Source: Elusimicrobiota bacterium
GTDB taxonomy: Bacteria > Elusimicrobiota > Elusimicrobia > UBA1565 > UBA9628
DNA: 50,845 nt
Assembly: GCA_023700845.1 (NCBI GenBank)
Contig: JAMPYD010000001.1
Location: 1 to 50,845 of the forward strand
Direction of reading: 5' to 3'
In this document: piece by piece, positions 19,000 to 27,561 of the stretch
Layout: the number at the start of each line of letters is the position of its first letter
Position numbering within the stretch: the stretch's first letter is position 1
Notes under the pieces: generated by a model
Told to the model about the DNA's origin: nothing
The model's input: only the letters and a program-made list of their open reading frames with translations
Database searches by the model: none
Translations under genes and position numbers: made by a program

Positions 19000-19590
19000 A
19001 TGGAGACCCTAATGAACACTCCGATCTCGAATAGAACCACGATCCTCGGTGGCGACGCCCTGCGATGGCCGACACACGATGCACCTGCCCCGGCTGAACC
19101 GGACATGGTGAACTTCCCGGGGGGGGTGGTGCAACATGGAGGGGTGAATCTCATACAGGATACGTCAGAATCGCTGCCGGGCCTATATCCCGCGAGACTG
19201 GGCGCCGATTCACCTGTTCAGATTCACCCCGAACCGGACATGCAATTGTGCGGCATCGAAGCAAGCGCAGCCGACCACGGACCCTCTTCCCCAACTTTTA
19301 GGGAAGCCTCCGGCGGGGTCGAACGCTGGGCAGCGGCCCGGCGGCTGGAGTTCCTTTTGCTCTGGTCGGCTACCGAGTTGTCCGGAAAGGAGATCGCTCG
19401 CTTCTTCGGCCTCTCCGAGCGCCATACACGCCGCCTGCGTGTCGACCTTGGCCTCGAAGACCGCACGACCCTTCGGCGGCTTGATCGGGCAGGTCGACGC
19501 CGCCTTGGGGCATACAAGGCGCTGGCAGGGCTTATGTCGCAGGAGGCGCAGGCGTTGCTGGTGACCGCACAGGCCCGCAGCCGGGCCTAG
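19000..19590 (+). CDS. hypothetical protein with C-terminal HTH (sigma-70 region-4 / LuxR-like)
   Basis: 196 aa. ELSGKEIARFFGLSERHTRRLRVDLG looks like a helix-turn-helix. The N-terminal half has low complexity and the start is uncertain. Confidence 0.45.
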   Translation: METLMNTPISNRTTILGGDALRWPTHDAPAPAEPDMVNFPGGVVQHGGVNLIQDTSESLPGLYPARLGADSPVQIHPEPDMQLCGIEASAADHGPSSPTFREASGGVERWAAARRLEFLLLWSATELSGKEIARFFGLSERHTRRLRVDLGLEDRTTLRRLDRAGRRRLGAYKALAGLMSQEAQALLVTAQARSRA

Positions 19591-19697
19591 AACCAGGCGG
19601 CCAACGCGGGCGCCGAGCGCGGGGGGGCCCGGGCGATCCGCCTCGTTATTTAGAGTTCGATAACATGGATTAAGGTACTCATTGCAACCATCAGCAA

Positions 19698-20627
19698 CTA
19701 CAGGTTGGCGGCCACGATCCGCGCCACCTCCCCGGCCAAGTCCTGCCGGTTGTCATCGTAGACGTTGAGAACGCGAAGGTCGCGATGGCGGGAGAAGCGC
19801 TGGACCTTCCTCACGTCGCCGCCCAGCAGGTCCAGCGCCTCGGTGATGGCCAGATGCCGCACGCCATGCGGTCGGCCGAGGCCAAGGCCCCGGGTCAACC
19901 GGTAGACACTGGTTCCCGTCAGCCTCGCGCCCTTACCGGCCCGATCGAAGTTCGTGAACAGCGGCCCCGGCGCCGTGCCACGCGCCGCGATCCAGGCCGT
20001 GAGCACGCCTGCGGTCTCGTCCGGGAGAGTGAGCGTCATGCGGGTCGTCCGGCCTTTACCCTTGATGGAGAGCGTACCGGCCTCCAGGGCAACGTGGGCT
20101 AGGTCCAGGGACACGACCTCACCCCGGCGCAGCCCAAGGTCGTGCAGCAGCCGTAGGATCGCCAGGTCTCGCCGGGCCTTGCCGTCCCCACACTGTTTCA
20201 GGTCATGTAGTACCTTCTTAAGCGTGCCTCGCGCGGGTCCACGGAGGTCGCGATCGTGCTCGACCTTCAGGTTCTGGACCTCCAAGTTCCAGACTACGAT
20301 CCCGAGTGTGCGCGCCAGCTTCACCATCGCCCTCAACGCCGCCAGGCGCCGGTTGATCGTCGACGCCTGCAAGCCGCGCTCGACCAGGTTAGCCTTATAA
20401 CCCAAGGCCAGCGCGTTTGCGTCGCCCGGCGCTAGGGACAGCAGCCCACGCGCCGCGTCATCAACGTCGCTCGACCGGGTGAAGGTCGAGAAGTCGTTCA
20501 AGTCCTGTCTGTAGGCCCGGATCGTCAGCGCGTTGCGGCCCGAGAGGAACGCCTGGATGAGGGCTGCGATCTTCTGCTTCACAAGCCTCGATGGAATTTG
20601 AGGGTGGACGATGATGACCTTGCTCAT
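19698..20627 (-). CDS. tyrosine recombinase (XerC/D-like), second recombinase of the island
   Basis: 309 aa. It has an N-terminal SAM-like domain (LSGRNALTIRAYRQDLNDF) and catalytic residues in LGLRRGEV (R), HGVRHLAIT (HxxR) and SRHRDLRVLNVYDD (H..Y). Confidence 0.85.
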   Translation of the reverse strand: MSKVIIVHPQIPSRLVKQKIAALIQAFLSGRNALTIRAYRQDLNDFSTFTRSSDVDDAARGLLSLAPGDANALALGYKANLVERGLQASTINRRLAALRAMVKLARTLGIVVWNLEVQNLKVEHDRDLRGPARGTLKKVLHDLKQCGDGKARRDLAILRLLHDLGLRRGEVVSLDLAHVALEAGTLSIKGKGRTTRMTLTLPDETAGVLTAWIAARGTAPGPLFTNFDRAGKGARLTGTSVYRLTRGLGLGRPHGVRHLAITEALDLLGGDVRKVQRFSRHRDLRVLNVYDDNRQDLAGEVARIVAANL

Positions 20628-21157
20628 TGGTTGGTCTCCTGGGCGCTGTCGCCCTTATGCTCCACGGCGTCGAACAACACCTTCGACAGCTTGTGCTCGT
20701 TCACCTCTTCGAGGAGCCGCGACGCCCAAAGTATCGCCTCGACGCAATCCCAGCGCAGGCTCGTGGCCACGTCGGCGGGGCTGACACCAACGACCGCGTC
20801 GACCGCCTGCTCATGGGCGATCGCCCTCAGGTGCTCAGGCTTCAGGTTGTCGACGTGGAAGGTGGCCCAGCCTCGGCGCTTGAGCGTACACCTGATCTCC
20901 TCCAGGTGTTCGGCCTCAACCTTAACACCACAGCCCCGACAGAGCGAGTCGGACCCATCGTAATAGATCAGGGCCTCGGTCCCATCGTGCTGTGGAGCAC
21001 CGGCGTCGGTGTTGCAGCGGTCGCAGCAGATGTCCTCGAACGCGATGTCCTCAGGTGGAGAGACGCCATCCGAGATCAGGATATGCCCTTTGCCGTCGCC
21101 GGGTCTGAAGGTCTCAAGCCAGGCGCTCCTCTTGAACCATCCGCGCACGGGCATCAT
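20624..21157 (-). CDS. hypothetical Cys-rich protein (177 aa) coupled to the recombinase
   Basis: I chose the start at MMPVRG (21157), preceded by GGAGG. Cys pairs ICCDRCN and CRGCG suggest a zinc ribbon. It overlaps the recombinase start by 4 nt. Confidence 0.5.
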   Translation of the reverse strand: MMPVRGWFKRSAWLETFRPGDGKGHILISDGVSPPEDIAFEDICCDRCNTDAGAPQHDGTEALIYYDGSDSLCRGCGVKVEAEHLEEIRCTLKRRGWATFHVDNLKPEHLRAIAHEQAVDAVVGVSPADVATSLRWDCVEAILWASRLLEEVNEHKLSKVLFDAVEHKGDSAQETNQ

Positions 21158-21333
21158 GAGAGCCTCCGAACCGCGTTGAGCCAAACTGCGGCGACCGCTG
21201 CCAGCGCCCGTGCCATGGGCATGTCTTTGGCGCCGACGTTTCCAATCGTGACAGTCACCGGGCGCGATCGACCTCTGGCTGGAACGGAAAGGACGAACAA
21301 CCACTCGGCCGTGACCACGTTGCGTTTGTGCAT
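21154..21333 (-). CDS. hypothetical 59-aa protein, below the ORF-track length cutoff
   Basis: My translation is MHKRNVVTAEWLFVLSVPARGRSRPVTVTIGNVGAKDMPMARALAAVAAVWLNAVRRLS. A GGAGG lies 5 nt before the ATG at 21333. The stop overlaps the next start (ATGA). Confidence 0.45.
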   Translation of the reverse strand: MHKRNVVTAEWLFVLSVPARGRSRPVTVTIGNVGAKDMPMARALAAVAAVWLNAVRRLS

Positions 21334-21538
21334 AATGCCTCCAGCCCTGGAGGTCGAAGTGACGAAGCGTCCATGACGCCCGCTCTTCTCGCGCCTTTAC
21401 CGGATGTTTAGCCTCGCCCGGGAAGTAGGGCTAATAAACCGCGAGGTCCTGCTTTCAGTCTGCTTCGGTTACCTCCTGCCTTTCCGATCGGCGGTGCAAA
21501 AAGAAAGCTGACGGGCCATTCTCAGATAGGTAACCGGC

Positions 21539-21823
21539 TTAAAGATATCCAAATTTTTTTCCAACTTCGCGTCCTCGACACCGTTTTTTTCTCCAAAACT
21601 TTTGTGAGGGACAGTGGCGCCGCCCTACCGGCTCCGTTAGGGCGAGGCGAGCGACATTGATCGGGCCGGGGGGTACTTGGCAGAGCAGAAGCGCCTTATG
21701 GGCTGCAAAGTATCGGAGAATTTCGGCTTCCACGGGATCGCGCTCCTCTGCCTTTAGGGCTCGGGCCAAGAGCGACTTCACATCTCGGACGGTACGGTGC
21801 CATTCCTGGTGCCCAGCGCTCAC
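21539..21823 (-). CDS. hypothetical protein (94 aa)
   Basis: The ORF overlaps the upstream gene end by 4 nt. I recognise no family, and the C-terminal part is basic and of low complexity. Confidence 0.35.
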   Translation of the reverse strand: MSAGHQEWHRTVRDVKSLLARALKAEERDPVEAEILRYFAAHKALLLCQVPPGPINVARLALTEPVGRRHCPSQKFWRKKRCRGREVGKKFGYL

Positions 21824-22290
21824 TGCTGGCCCTCAGGCATCCGTGGGAGCGCCTGCGCCGCCGTGATCAAGCCTCGGGCCGCCAACTGTACCTGGGGCAC
21901 ACTGGGGCCTTCGGCTGAGCACAGGGGCGCGGCTGGGCAGGTTTCATGAAGATCGGCTACGAGCCGGGCAAATTCCTCTCGATAGACTGCGCGAATGATG
22001 TCGTCGCCCATCACGGTGTAGAGCCCGTGACTTCCAAAGCGGATCATCCGTTCGAGCCGCAGAAGGTCATAGATGAAGCGGCGTCCAGTTCGTTTCTTTG
22101 GATTTGAGATGGCCACAACGTCGTAGGGCTTCTTGGGCACGTCCTCGTTGAACATCGGGCTGTCGATCAGGTTCCTGATCCAGGGGCTGCGCGTAAATCG
22201 GCTAGGGTCGGAGTCGAACTCGGCGCAGCTTCCTGGGGACGGGCGTGGTCGACGCCGCAACCAACCGACGAATCTGTCGACGATCCCCAT
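21820..22290 (-). CDS. hypothetical protein (156 aa)
   Basis: I chose the start at MGIVDRF (22290) because GGGAGG lies 5 nt upstream. I recognise no family. Confidence 0.45.
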   Translation of the reverse strand: MGIVDRFVGWLRRRPRPSPGSCAEFDSDPSRFTRSPWIRNLIDSPMFNEDVPKKPYDVVAISNPKKRTGRRFIYDLLRLERMIRFGSHGLYTVMGDDIIRAVYREEFARLVADLHETCPAAPLCSAEGPSVPQVQLAARGLITAAQALPRMPEGQQ

Positions 22291-22420
22291 TGGCGCCTCC
22301 CGCAACGACAGCATCGGCGATCAGGGACAGGCGGGGGAAAAGCAAAACCAGTGCGGGCGCACTGGTCACGCCGTTTACCCCGGATGTCGGCCCGAGTAAG
22401 CAAGCTGCAAACCTCGCCGT

Positions 22421-22450
22421 CTCTTCGGCTCAGGATGTCGAGCCGAAGAG
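22421..22450 (-). terminator. 11-bp perfect hairpin downstream of the GYF/DUF4352 gene (no clear U-tract)
   Basis: ctcttcggctc-aggatgtc-gagccgaagag lies 57 nt after the stop at 22507. Confidence 0.4.
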
Positions 22451-22506
22451 AATTACGACCTACCTGAGTATAGCCAGAATCGCCGTTTCCGCAAGGGGAT
22501 AGACGC

Positions 22507-23376
22507 TCACTTTGGGTCATCTCGGTCGAGGCGGGGTGAACGAGCGTAAAATTTTTCGTTATTCAGCCTGTTGAAGTAACGGGTGTCATAGACCAGAACT
22601 GCTGGCCCCACATCTTGATAGATGTAAAAACCGATGCCGCCACGCCCACTTCTTCCTAGATGGACATCACCACGGATGTAGTCTCTGGCCTGCTCCGTAG
22701 CATAAGAATTGCCTTTGGTGTCCTCCAGCAAGAAGTTGGATTGAGAGAGGGTCTGAGCTTCGGATGCTTTTTGATTTGTCACGGAAACATCGAAGTAAAC
22801 AATCGTCTTGCCCATGCGCTCAGCATCTTTCAACTGCCAATCGTAAAAGGCACCTTGATCAACAACCTCTTGCCCGATAAGAGTTCTGTGAATCTGGACC
22901 TTGAATAGCTTCTGGGTATCCTCGAATGAAATCAATCGGTTACTTTTTGCCCTAGACACGTCCTGTGTTGGTGCTGAGACGTTGATATTCGCCGCCGTAG
23001 TTGCTGGCGCTCGGGGTGTACGAACAGGGAGTAATCTGTAGCCGACGCCGCCGATGACTGCCCCGCCCACTGCGATTGCGATCATGTTGTCCATCAGCTT
23101 GGCCATGACCGTACCTGCGCCCACTGTCGTCGCCTCTGGAGAGGTGAGAGGACTCGACTCGTCGATGATTGGTTCTGGTGGTGGGGGAGGCAAGGAGTGT
23201 CCCCGTGTACCACCATGCAGAAGTTCAGGCACGTCCTTCATCGGCTTCCAGGTAGCGCCGCTCTTCGGGGTTTCCGGGTATACCAACGTCCCATCCGTGA
23301 TCCCGGGGCGGTGGCGAATCTCCTCGGGAGTAAACGGTCCAAGACTCTCTTTTTTTACGCGGACCCAATATCGCAC
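22507..23376 (-). CDS. membrane protein: N-terminal GYF_2-like domain, TM helix, C-terminal DUF4352-like beta domain
   Basis: 289 aa. YWVRVKKESLGPFTPEEIRH...TWKPMKDVPELL matches the GYF_2 pattern. The TM helix is IAIAVGGAVIGGVGY. The C-terminus reads TIVYFDVSVTNQKASEAQTLSQSNFLLEDTKGNSY (DUF4352-like). Confidence 0.6.
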   Translation of the reverse strand: MRYWVRVKKESLGPFTPEEIRHRPGITDGTLVYPETPKSGATWKPMKDVPELLHGGTRGHSLPPPPPEPIIDESSPLTSPEATTVGAGTVMAKLMDNMIAIAVGGAVIGGVGYRLLPVRTPRAPATTAANINVSAPTQDVSRAKSNRLISFEDTQKLFKVQIHRTLIGQEVVDQGAFYDWQLKDAERMGKTIVYFDVSVTNQKASEAQTLSQSNFLLEDTKGNSYATEQARDYIRGDVHLGRSGRGGIGFYIYQDVGPAVLVYDTRYFNRLNNEKFYARSPRLDRDDPK

Positions 23377-23384
23377 TGAATCCC

Positions 23385-23948
23385 CTACTGAGTCGCCGCC
23401 ATCCCTGGGAACTTGGCTCGCTGCGCGGTCTGCCGCTCCTCGGATTGACCGATCTGTTGATCTAGGGACACTCGATAGGCATCCGACGATTCGTACGCCG
23501 CCGTCTCGGACAAGAGTTTCTCCAGCTTCGAGCGCGGAAGTTCCAGAAGTACAACACAGCCATCATCTTTGGCCCACTCCGTCTGGACCTCCTCGAATCC
23601 GTTGATGATCCGGTTAGCGACCTCCTGGATATGGGAATCCTTTTCCATGAGTTTACCGACCGTGAGCCCGCCACGGACCGTCACGCCCTTAATTAAGGCC
23701 AAAGCCTCATAGCGCGCTGCGACAAGGGCAGCGTTCCTGGACAGCCCTCGGCGTTGCGTTGTACCACCGGCATCCTGGGCCACGGCACCAATACCCCGAA
23801 CTCTGACCGTTTCCTTGTCGCTGACCTTTGACCAGACATCGGCCACTTCTCCCTTGGCGAGGGAGCGATTGACCCCGCCGCAGCCGCTGACGCCGACCGT
23901 GACCAGCCCAAGCATGACGAACATGACCATCTTCATCGTAGCCTCCAT
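23385..23948 (-). CDS. LPP20/FlgP-like lipoprotein
   Basis: 187 aa. It has lipobox VGVSGC and the core VRGIGAVAQDAGGTTQRRGLSRNAALVAARYEALALIKGVTV...DDGCVVLLELP, typical of LPP20-type lipoproteins. Confidence 0.58.
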   Translation of the reverse strand: MEATMKMVMFVMLGLVTVGVSGCGGVNRSLAKGEVADVWSKVSDKETVRVRGIGAVAQDAGGTTQRRGLSRNAALVAARYEALALIKGVTVRGGLTVGKLMEKDSHIQEVANRIINGFEEVQTEWAKDDGCVVLLELPRSKLEKLLSETAAYESSDAYRVSLDQQIGQSEERQTAQRAKFPGMAATQ

Positions 23949-23997
23949 GCGGCCATGCGTCTGTGCCTGCGCGCAACATTGAACGGAATCACTGGCG

Positions 23998-24699
23998 TCA
24001 GTGCCCGTCGTCTCGGCTGTGGATCACGCGCATAAGGCCGAGCACTTCCTCAGGGGTCACCGTATTTTTCCGACGCTCTTCCATCTCCCGCATGGCTAGG
24101 CACACAGCCGCCGCGTGTTCAATTTCCCAAAACGGCTTCGGACTGACCTTCCTGTCTTCAATGATCTTGGCGCTCAACTTGTCGACCAAATACTCCAAAC
24201 GCTCGATCTCCTTGGTGTCGCGGGCGGCGCGATGCAGAAGCTCCTTCTCCCACTCGGAATTGTCCCGGAACAGCCGCTCAACCGTAGATCGCTTAAGCTC
24301 AAGTGTGACGACGCAATCATCCCCGGCCGTCCACTCGGTTTTGACCTCTTCGCCACCCCGGACCAGAGCGCGCGCCAGTTCACGGATCAAAGAGTTTTTT
24401 TCCATCAACTGCATAATGGTTGTGCCGCCTTCGAGCTTCACGCCTTTTATAACCGCAAGCAACTCGTAACGTGCTGATACCAAAGCGCCATTACGACTGG
24501 TAGCCCGGCGGGCTGTCCGGCCTACGGCCCAATCAGCGGAGACTCCGACGCCTCTCGTTCGCAAATGGGATTTGTCGCTGATCTTGGACCAAAACGCCTT
24601 TATCTCACCGTTCTCAGTCGCGCGGGGGACGCCCGCGCAGCCCGAAACAATGAGAGCAAGCAGGATGACGCCGAGGGGGAAGTCTCTTGGATTGACCAT
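23998..24699 (-). CDS. LPP20/FlgP-like lipoprotein paralog with a C-terminal helical extension of about 90 aa
   Basis: I chose the start at MVNPRDF (24699). It has lipobox IVSGC. The core TRGVGVSADWAVGRTARRATSRNGALVSARYELLAVIKGVKL..GDDCVVTLELK is colinear with the neighbouring gene. Confidence 0.58.
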   Translation of the reverse strand: MVNPRDFPLGVILLALIVSGCAGVPRATENGEIKAFWSKISDKSHLRTRGVGVSADWAVGRTARRATSRNGALVSARYELLAVIKGVKLEGGTTIMQLMEKNSLIRELARALVRGGEEVKTEWTAGDDCVVTLELKRSTVERLFRDNSEWEKELLHRAARDTKEIERLEYLVDKLSAKIIEDRKVSPKPFWEIEHAAAVCLAMREMEERRKNTVTPEEVLGLMRVIHSRDDGH

Positions 24700-24771
24700 T
24701 TTCGGCCGGGCAGGCGACAGGCGCAATCCCATGGTGGTCCCGACTGTTAAGTATTGAGCGGGCACTACGAA

Positions 24772-24828
24772 TTGTCAATAGCGCACATATACATAGTATG
24801 TCCATACAGCGCATGGTCCTGACAGGAC
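24772..24828 (+). promoter_or_regulatory. candidate promoter (TTGTCA-16-TAGTAT) and palindromic operator upstream of the XRE gene
   Basis: TTGTCA is at 24772-24777 and TAGTAT at 24794-24799. The perfect palindrome GTCCTG-A-CAGGAC is at 24816-24828, 27 nt before the ATG at 24855. Confidence 0.3.
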
Positions 24829-24854
24829 AACTTCTTTAGGATAGCCTCCAGGAC

Positions 24855-25232
24855 ATGAAAAGCTCCGACTTAACAGTTTCAATCGGCAAGGGCATCCGCG
24901 CGTACCGGAAGCGCCTGAAGCTGACGATCGAACAGTTGGCTGAGGCCGCTGGCATCGACAGCAATTACCTGGCCCACCTCGAAACCGGGTCGAAGACCCC
25001 GAGCTTGCCGACCGTTGCCAAAATCATCGACGCCCTCGACATCGCGCCCGCTGCGCTATTCGCGGGGGCGCATAGCGGTACGCGGCACAGCAGTGACGGT
25101 GACGACCTCGAACGCAAAATTCGCGTTCTGGTTCGGGGCCTTGATCGGAACCAGCGCCTGGACCTCCTCGCCGTGCTGCCCCGGCTGCGCGCGGGCCAGA
25201 TTAAGGGTCTACGGCGCTTACTGCGCGCCTAA
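24855..25232 (+). CDS. XRE-family HTH transcriptional regulator
   Basis: 125 aa. IRAYRKRLKLTIEQLAEAAGIDSNYLAHLETGSKTPSLPTVAKIIDAL is a classic HTH_3/Cro-C1 domain. Confidence 0.82.
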   Translation: MKSSDLTVSIGKGIRAYRKRLKLTIEQLAEAAGIDSNYLAHLETGSKTPSLPTVAKIIDALDIAPAALFAGAHSGTRHSSDGDDLERKIRVLVRGLDRNQRLDLLAVLPRLRAGQIKGLRRLLRA

Positions 25233-25240
25233 CGGCACGG

Positions 25241-27559
25241 TTAGGAGACGTTTACGGGTACGAGCGTCATCGTGTCGTTGCCGAAGATGTCGATGACCTT
25301 GACGGCCACGGTGTAGCGGCCGGGCTTAGGGTAGACGTGAGCGGCCGAGGTCAGTTCGAGATCACGATCCTGCCGCGTGCGGAAGGACTGCCATTCGTTC
25401 TCGAAGATGTAGGCGCCGGTCCAGCGCTCCTCGAACTCGATGAACTCCTCGCCCGCGACCACGGTGCCGGGAAGCTCGCCCTCGACGCCCATCGTCTTGG
25501 GCATCTTCACGATTTCCTTGCGGCTCTCGTAGTTAAAGTCCACGGCCCAGTAATCCACCCAGTCGGTCCACTTCTTGGTCAGAACATTTCGGGTGACCAC
25601 GCCATTTTTATCCTTGCTGATCTTGATGAGCTTGCCGCCGTCGCAGATGACCTCGCTCTTGCCTTCCTTCAACTCTGCGGCTACAGAGTCGACCAGGCCC
25701 TGCGTGTAGTAGACGGAGAAGTCGGCCAACTCGATGGTGACGCGCCGCTTCTCCGTCTTGTCGTAGCGGGGCGTGGCCTCGATGTAACTCACGTCGTGGA
25801 AGCGCACCTGCCCCTTCTCTACGGCGCGCTTGTCGAAGACCTCAGGCGGGATCGTCTTCGGCGCGATGTCGATGCCCTTCTGCTTGGCCTCTTCCAGCAC
25901 AGCGGGGAACAGACCCATCTCGAACTCGAAGGCGAGGATGTCCGCGCGCGAGGCTCGGCGCTTGCGGCACTCGGTGATGACCTCCTCGACGAAGAGGCGT
26001 CCGACCGGAAGATTGATGGGGCCGACCACGACCAGGCGGCCCGCGTGCTTGCCGTGGAAGAACCCGTTGTTCTCCATCGGCTCGGCCCCGTAGGCGCGGA
26101 GGATCAGGTCGCGGAACTCGTGCTCCTTTTTCGCCAAGGCGTCGGCCTTCTTCTTCGCTGAGAGGCGGCTGGAGACGTTGAGATATGCCTGGCGCTCATA
26201 GCGGCCGAGGTTCAAGACCTCGAACGCGCGGAACGGCTTCCCGCTACTTTTCAATTCGCGCTGCACTCCAATAAGCCGCTTCCGCGCAGTGTGGACACCA
26301 AACTTCCCCAGGTCAGTCGTGATCCACTTCCTTCCAAGTTTCTCTGCGACGGCTGCGGTTGTGCCGGAGCCGCAGAAGAAATCTGCCACCAGGTCGCCCT
26401 CGTTGCTGCTGGCCTTGATAATCCGTTCGAGCAGGCTCTCCGGTTTTTGTGTCGGGTAATCCAGACGCTCAGCCCCAGAGCGGGTCATCCGCACATCTGG
26501 CCAGATCGACTGGCAAGGCTTCCCGGGGCTTTCGTCCAAATACTGCTTGAGATATGGGAAGCCTGTTGACGAAAAGTAGATTCTTTTTTCCTTCAACAAC
26601 CGGTCGATGCCGTCCTGGTCGAAGGCCCAGTGTCTTCCCTTGGGTGGAGAAATTGTTTTTTCTCCGATTTTCCTGGCCGGACCTGTGCCCCCGGCCGTAA
26701 GCGTGTTCGGCCAAAACCGGCGTCCGCTGCCCTCCTCGACCATGCCGAATCGCTCTTCAATATACTCAACGTCGTAGGCCATGTAGATCGGGTTGTAGGT
26801 CCACGAATCTGTTTTTGTGTAGAAGAGGATGTTGTCGTGGACGATCCCGTATTTGTTGGGATCGTTGTGCGCCCCGTGGCGTTGCCAGACAATATCATTG
26901 CGAAAATTATCAAACGAAAAGACTTCATCCATAACCGACCGGACAAGGTGGCTGACGTTCGGACCCATGTGAACGTAGATGCTGCCATCCTTCGCCAAGA
27001 GATCGCGCATCAAAATCAATCGTTCGTAAAGCATCGAAACGAATGAGTCTGCGCCACGCCCCCAAGTATCACGATACGCGATCTGTTCCAGCAGGTTCGG
27101 TTCCTTGTGGAACGTCTCGCCGCCAACTTCTATGTCCATGGAGAAGTCAGCGCCCACGTCGAAGGGCGGGTCGATGTAAATTAGCTTGAGGCCACCCGCC
27201 GACTCAATCTGCTCGCGTAGCGTGCCCGCCCGCAGGGACGACAGAATAAGTTTGTTGTCTCCCCAAATCAACTTGTTCGTCCAGCCGGTGACCTGGCGCC
27301 CGCCACCATCAAGGGCAAGCTCGTCATCCTCATGCTTTTCTTTACGCGGTTCGTCGATATGTTCAAGGGTTTGGAAGGGCAGGACCACGTTAGTGACCTC
27401 ACGCGACTTCCCGTTCCAGACCAACTCGACCTCACGCTTGTCCTCAAACAAGATGAAGCGGTATTTCTCGGGTAGAGGCTTGCCCTCGTTGATGAGTTTG
27501 ACGAGGTCGCGCTTCTCGGCGTCAGTCAACTCGTAGGCGTCGGTCTGGGCTCTGGCCAT
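25241..27559 (-). CDS. mod: Type III-like DNA methyltransferase (Mod, beta-class N6A/N4C MTase) with a long C-terminal extension
   Basis: 772 aa. Motif IV LIYIDPPFDVG precedes motif I DFFCGSGTTAAVAEKLGRKW. The final 300 aa or so are extra and end in a PKD/Ig-like stretch, HVYPKPGRYTVAVKVIDIFGNDTMTLVPVNV. Confidence 0.88.
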   Translation of the reverse strand: MARAQTDAYELTDAEKRDLVKLINEGKPLPEKYRFILFEDKREVELVWNGKSREVTNVVLPFQTLEHIDEPRKEKHEDDELALDGGGRQVTGWTNKLIWGDNKLILSSLRAGTLREQIESAGGLKLIYIDPPFDVGADFSMDIEVGGETFHKEPNLLEQIAYRDTWGRGADSFVSMLYERLILMRDLLAKDGSIYVHMGPNVSHLVRSVMDEVFSFDNFRNDIVWQRHGAHNDPNKYGIVHDNILFYTKTDSWTYNPIYMAYDVEYIEERFGMVEEGSGRRFWPNTLTAGGTGPARKIGEKTISPPKGRHWAFDQDGIDRLLKEKRIYFSSTGFPYLKQYLDESPGKPCQSIWPDVRMTRSGAERLDYPTQKPESLLERIIKASSNEGDLVADFFCGSGTTAAVAEKLGRKWITTDLGKFGVHTARKRLIGVQRELKSSGKPFRAFEVLNLGRYERQAYLNVSSRLSAKKKADALAKKEHEFRDLILRAYGAEPMENNGFFHGKHAGRLVVVGPINLPVGRLFVEEVITECRKRRASRADILAFEFEMGLFPAVLEEAKQKGIDIAPKTIPPEVFDKRAVEKGQVRFHDVSYIEATPRYDKTEKRRVTIELADFSVYYTQGLVDSVAAELKEGKSEVICDGGKLIKISKDKNGVVTRNVLTKKWTDWVDYWAVDFNYESRKEIVKMPKTMGVEGELPGTVVAGEEFIEFEERWTGAYIFENEWQSFRTRQDRDLELTSAAHVYPKPGRYTVAVKVIDIFGNDTMTLVPVNVS

Positions 27560-27561
27560 GG

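Noticed and set aside
19096-19240. 12-nt repeat gaaccggacatg at 19096-19107 and 19229-19240, encoding EPDM twice
   Set aside because: This short repeat occurs twice inside one low-complexity coding region. It is too short and isolated to call a functional site.
21337-21355. Inverted repeat CCTCCAG-cc-CTGGAGG
   Set aside because: Its loop is too small for a stable terminator. It coincides with the GGAGG ribosome-binding site of the 59-aa ORF, which explains the sequence.
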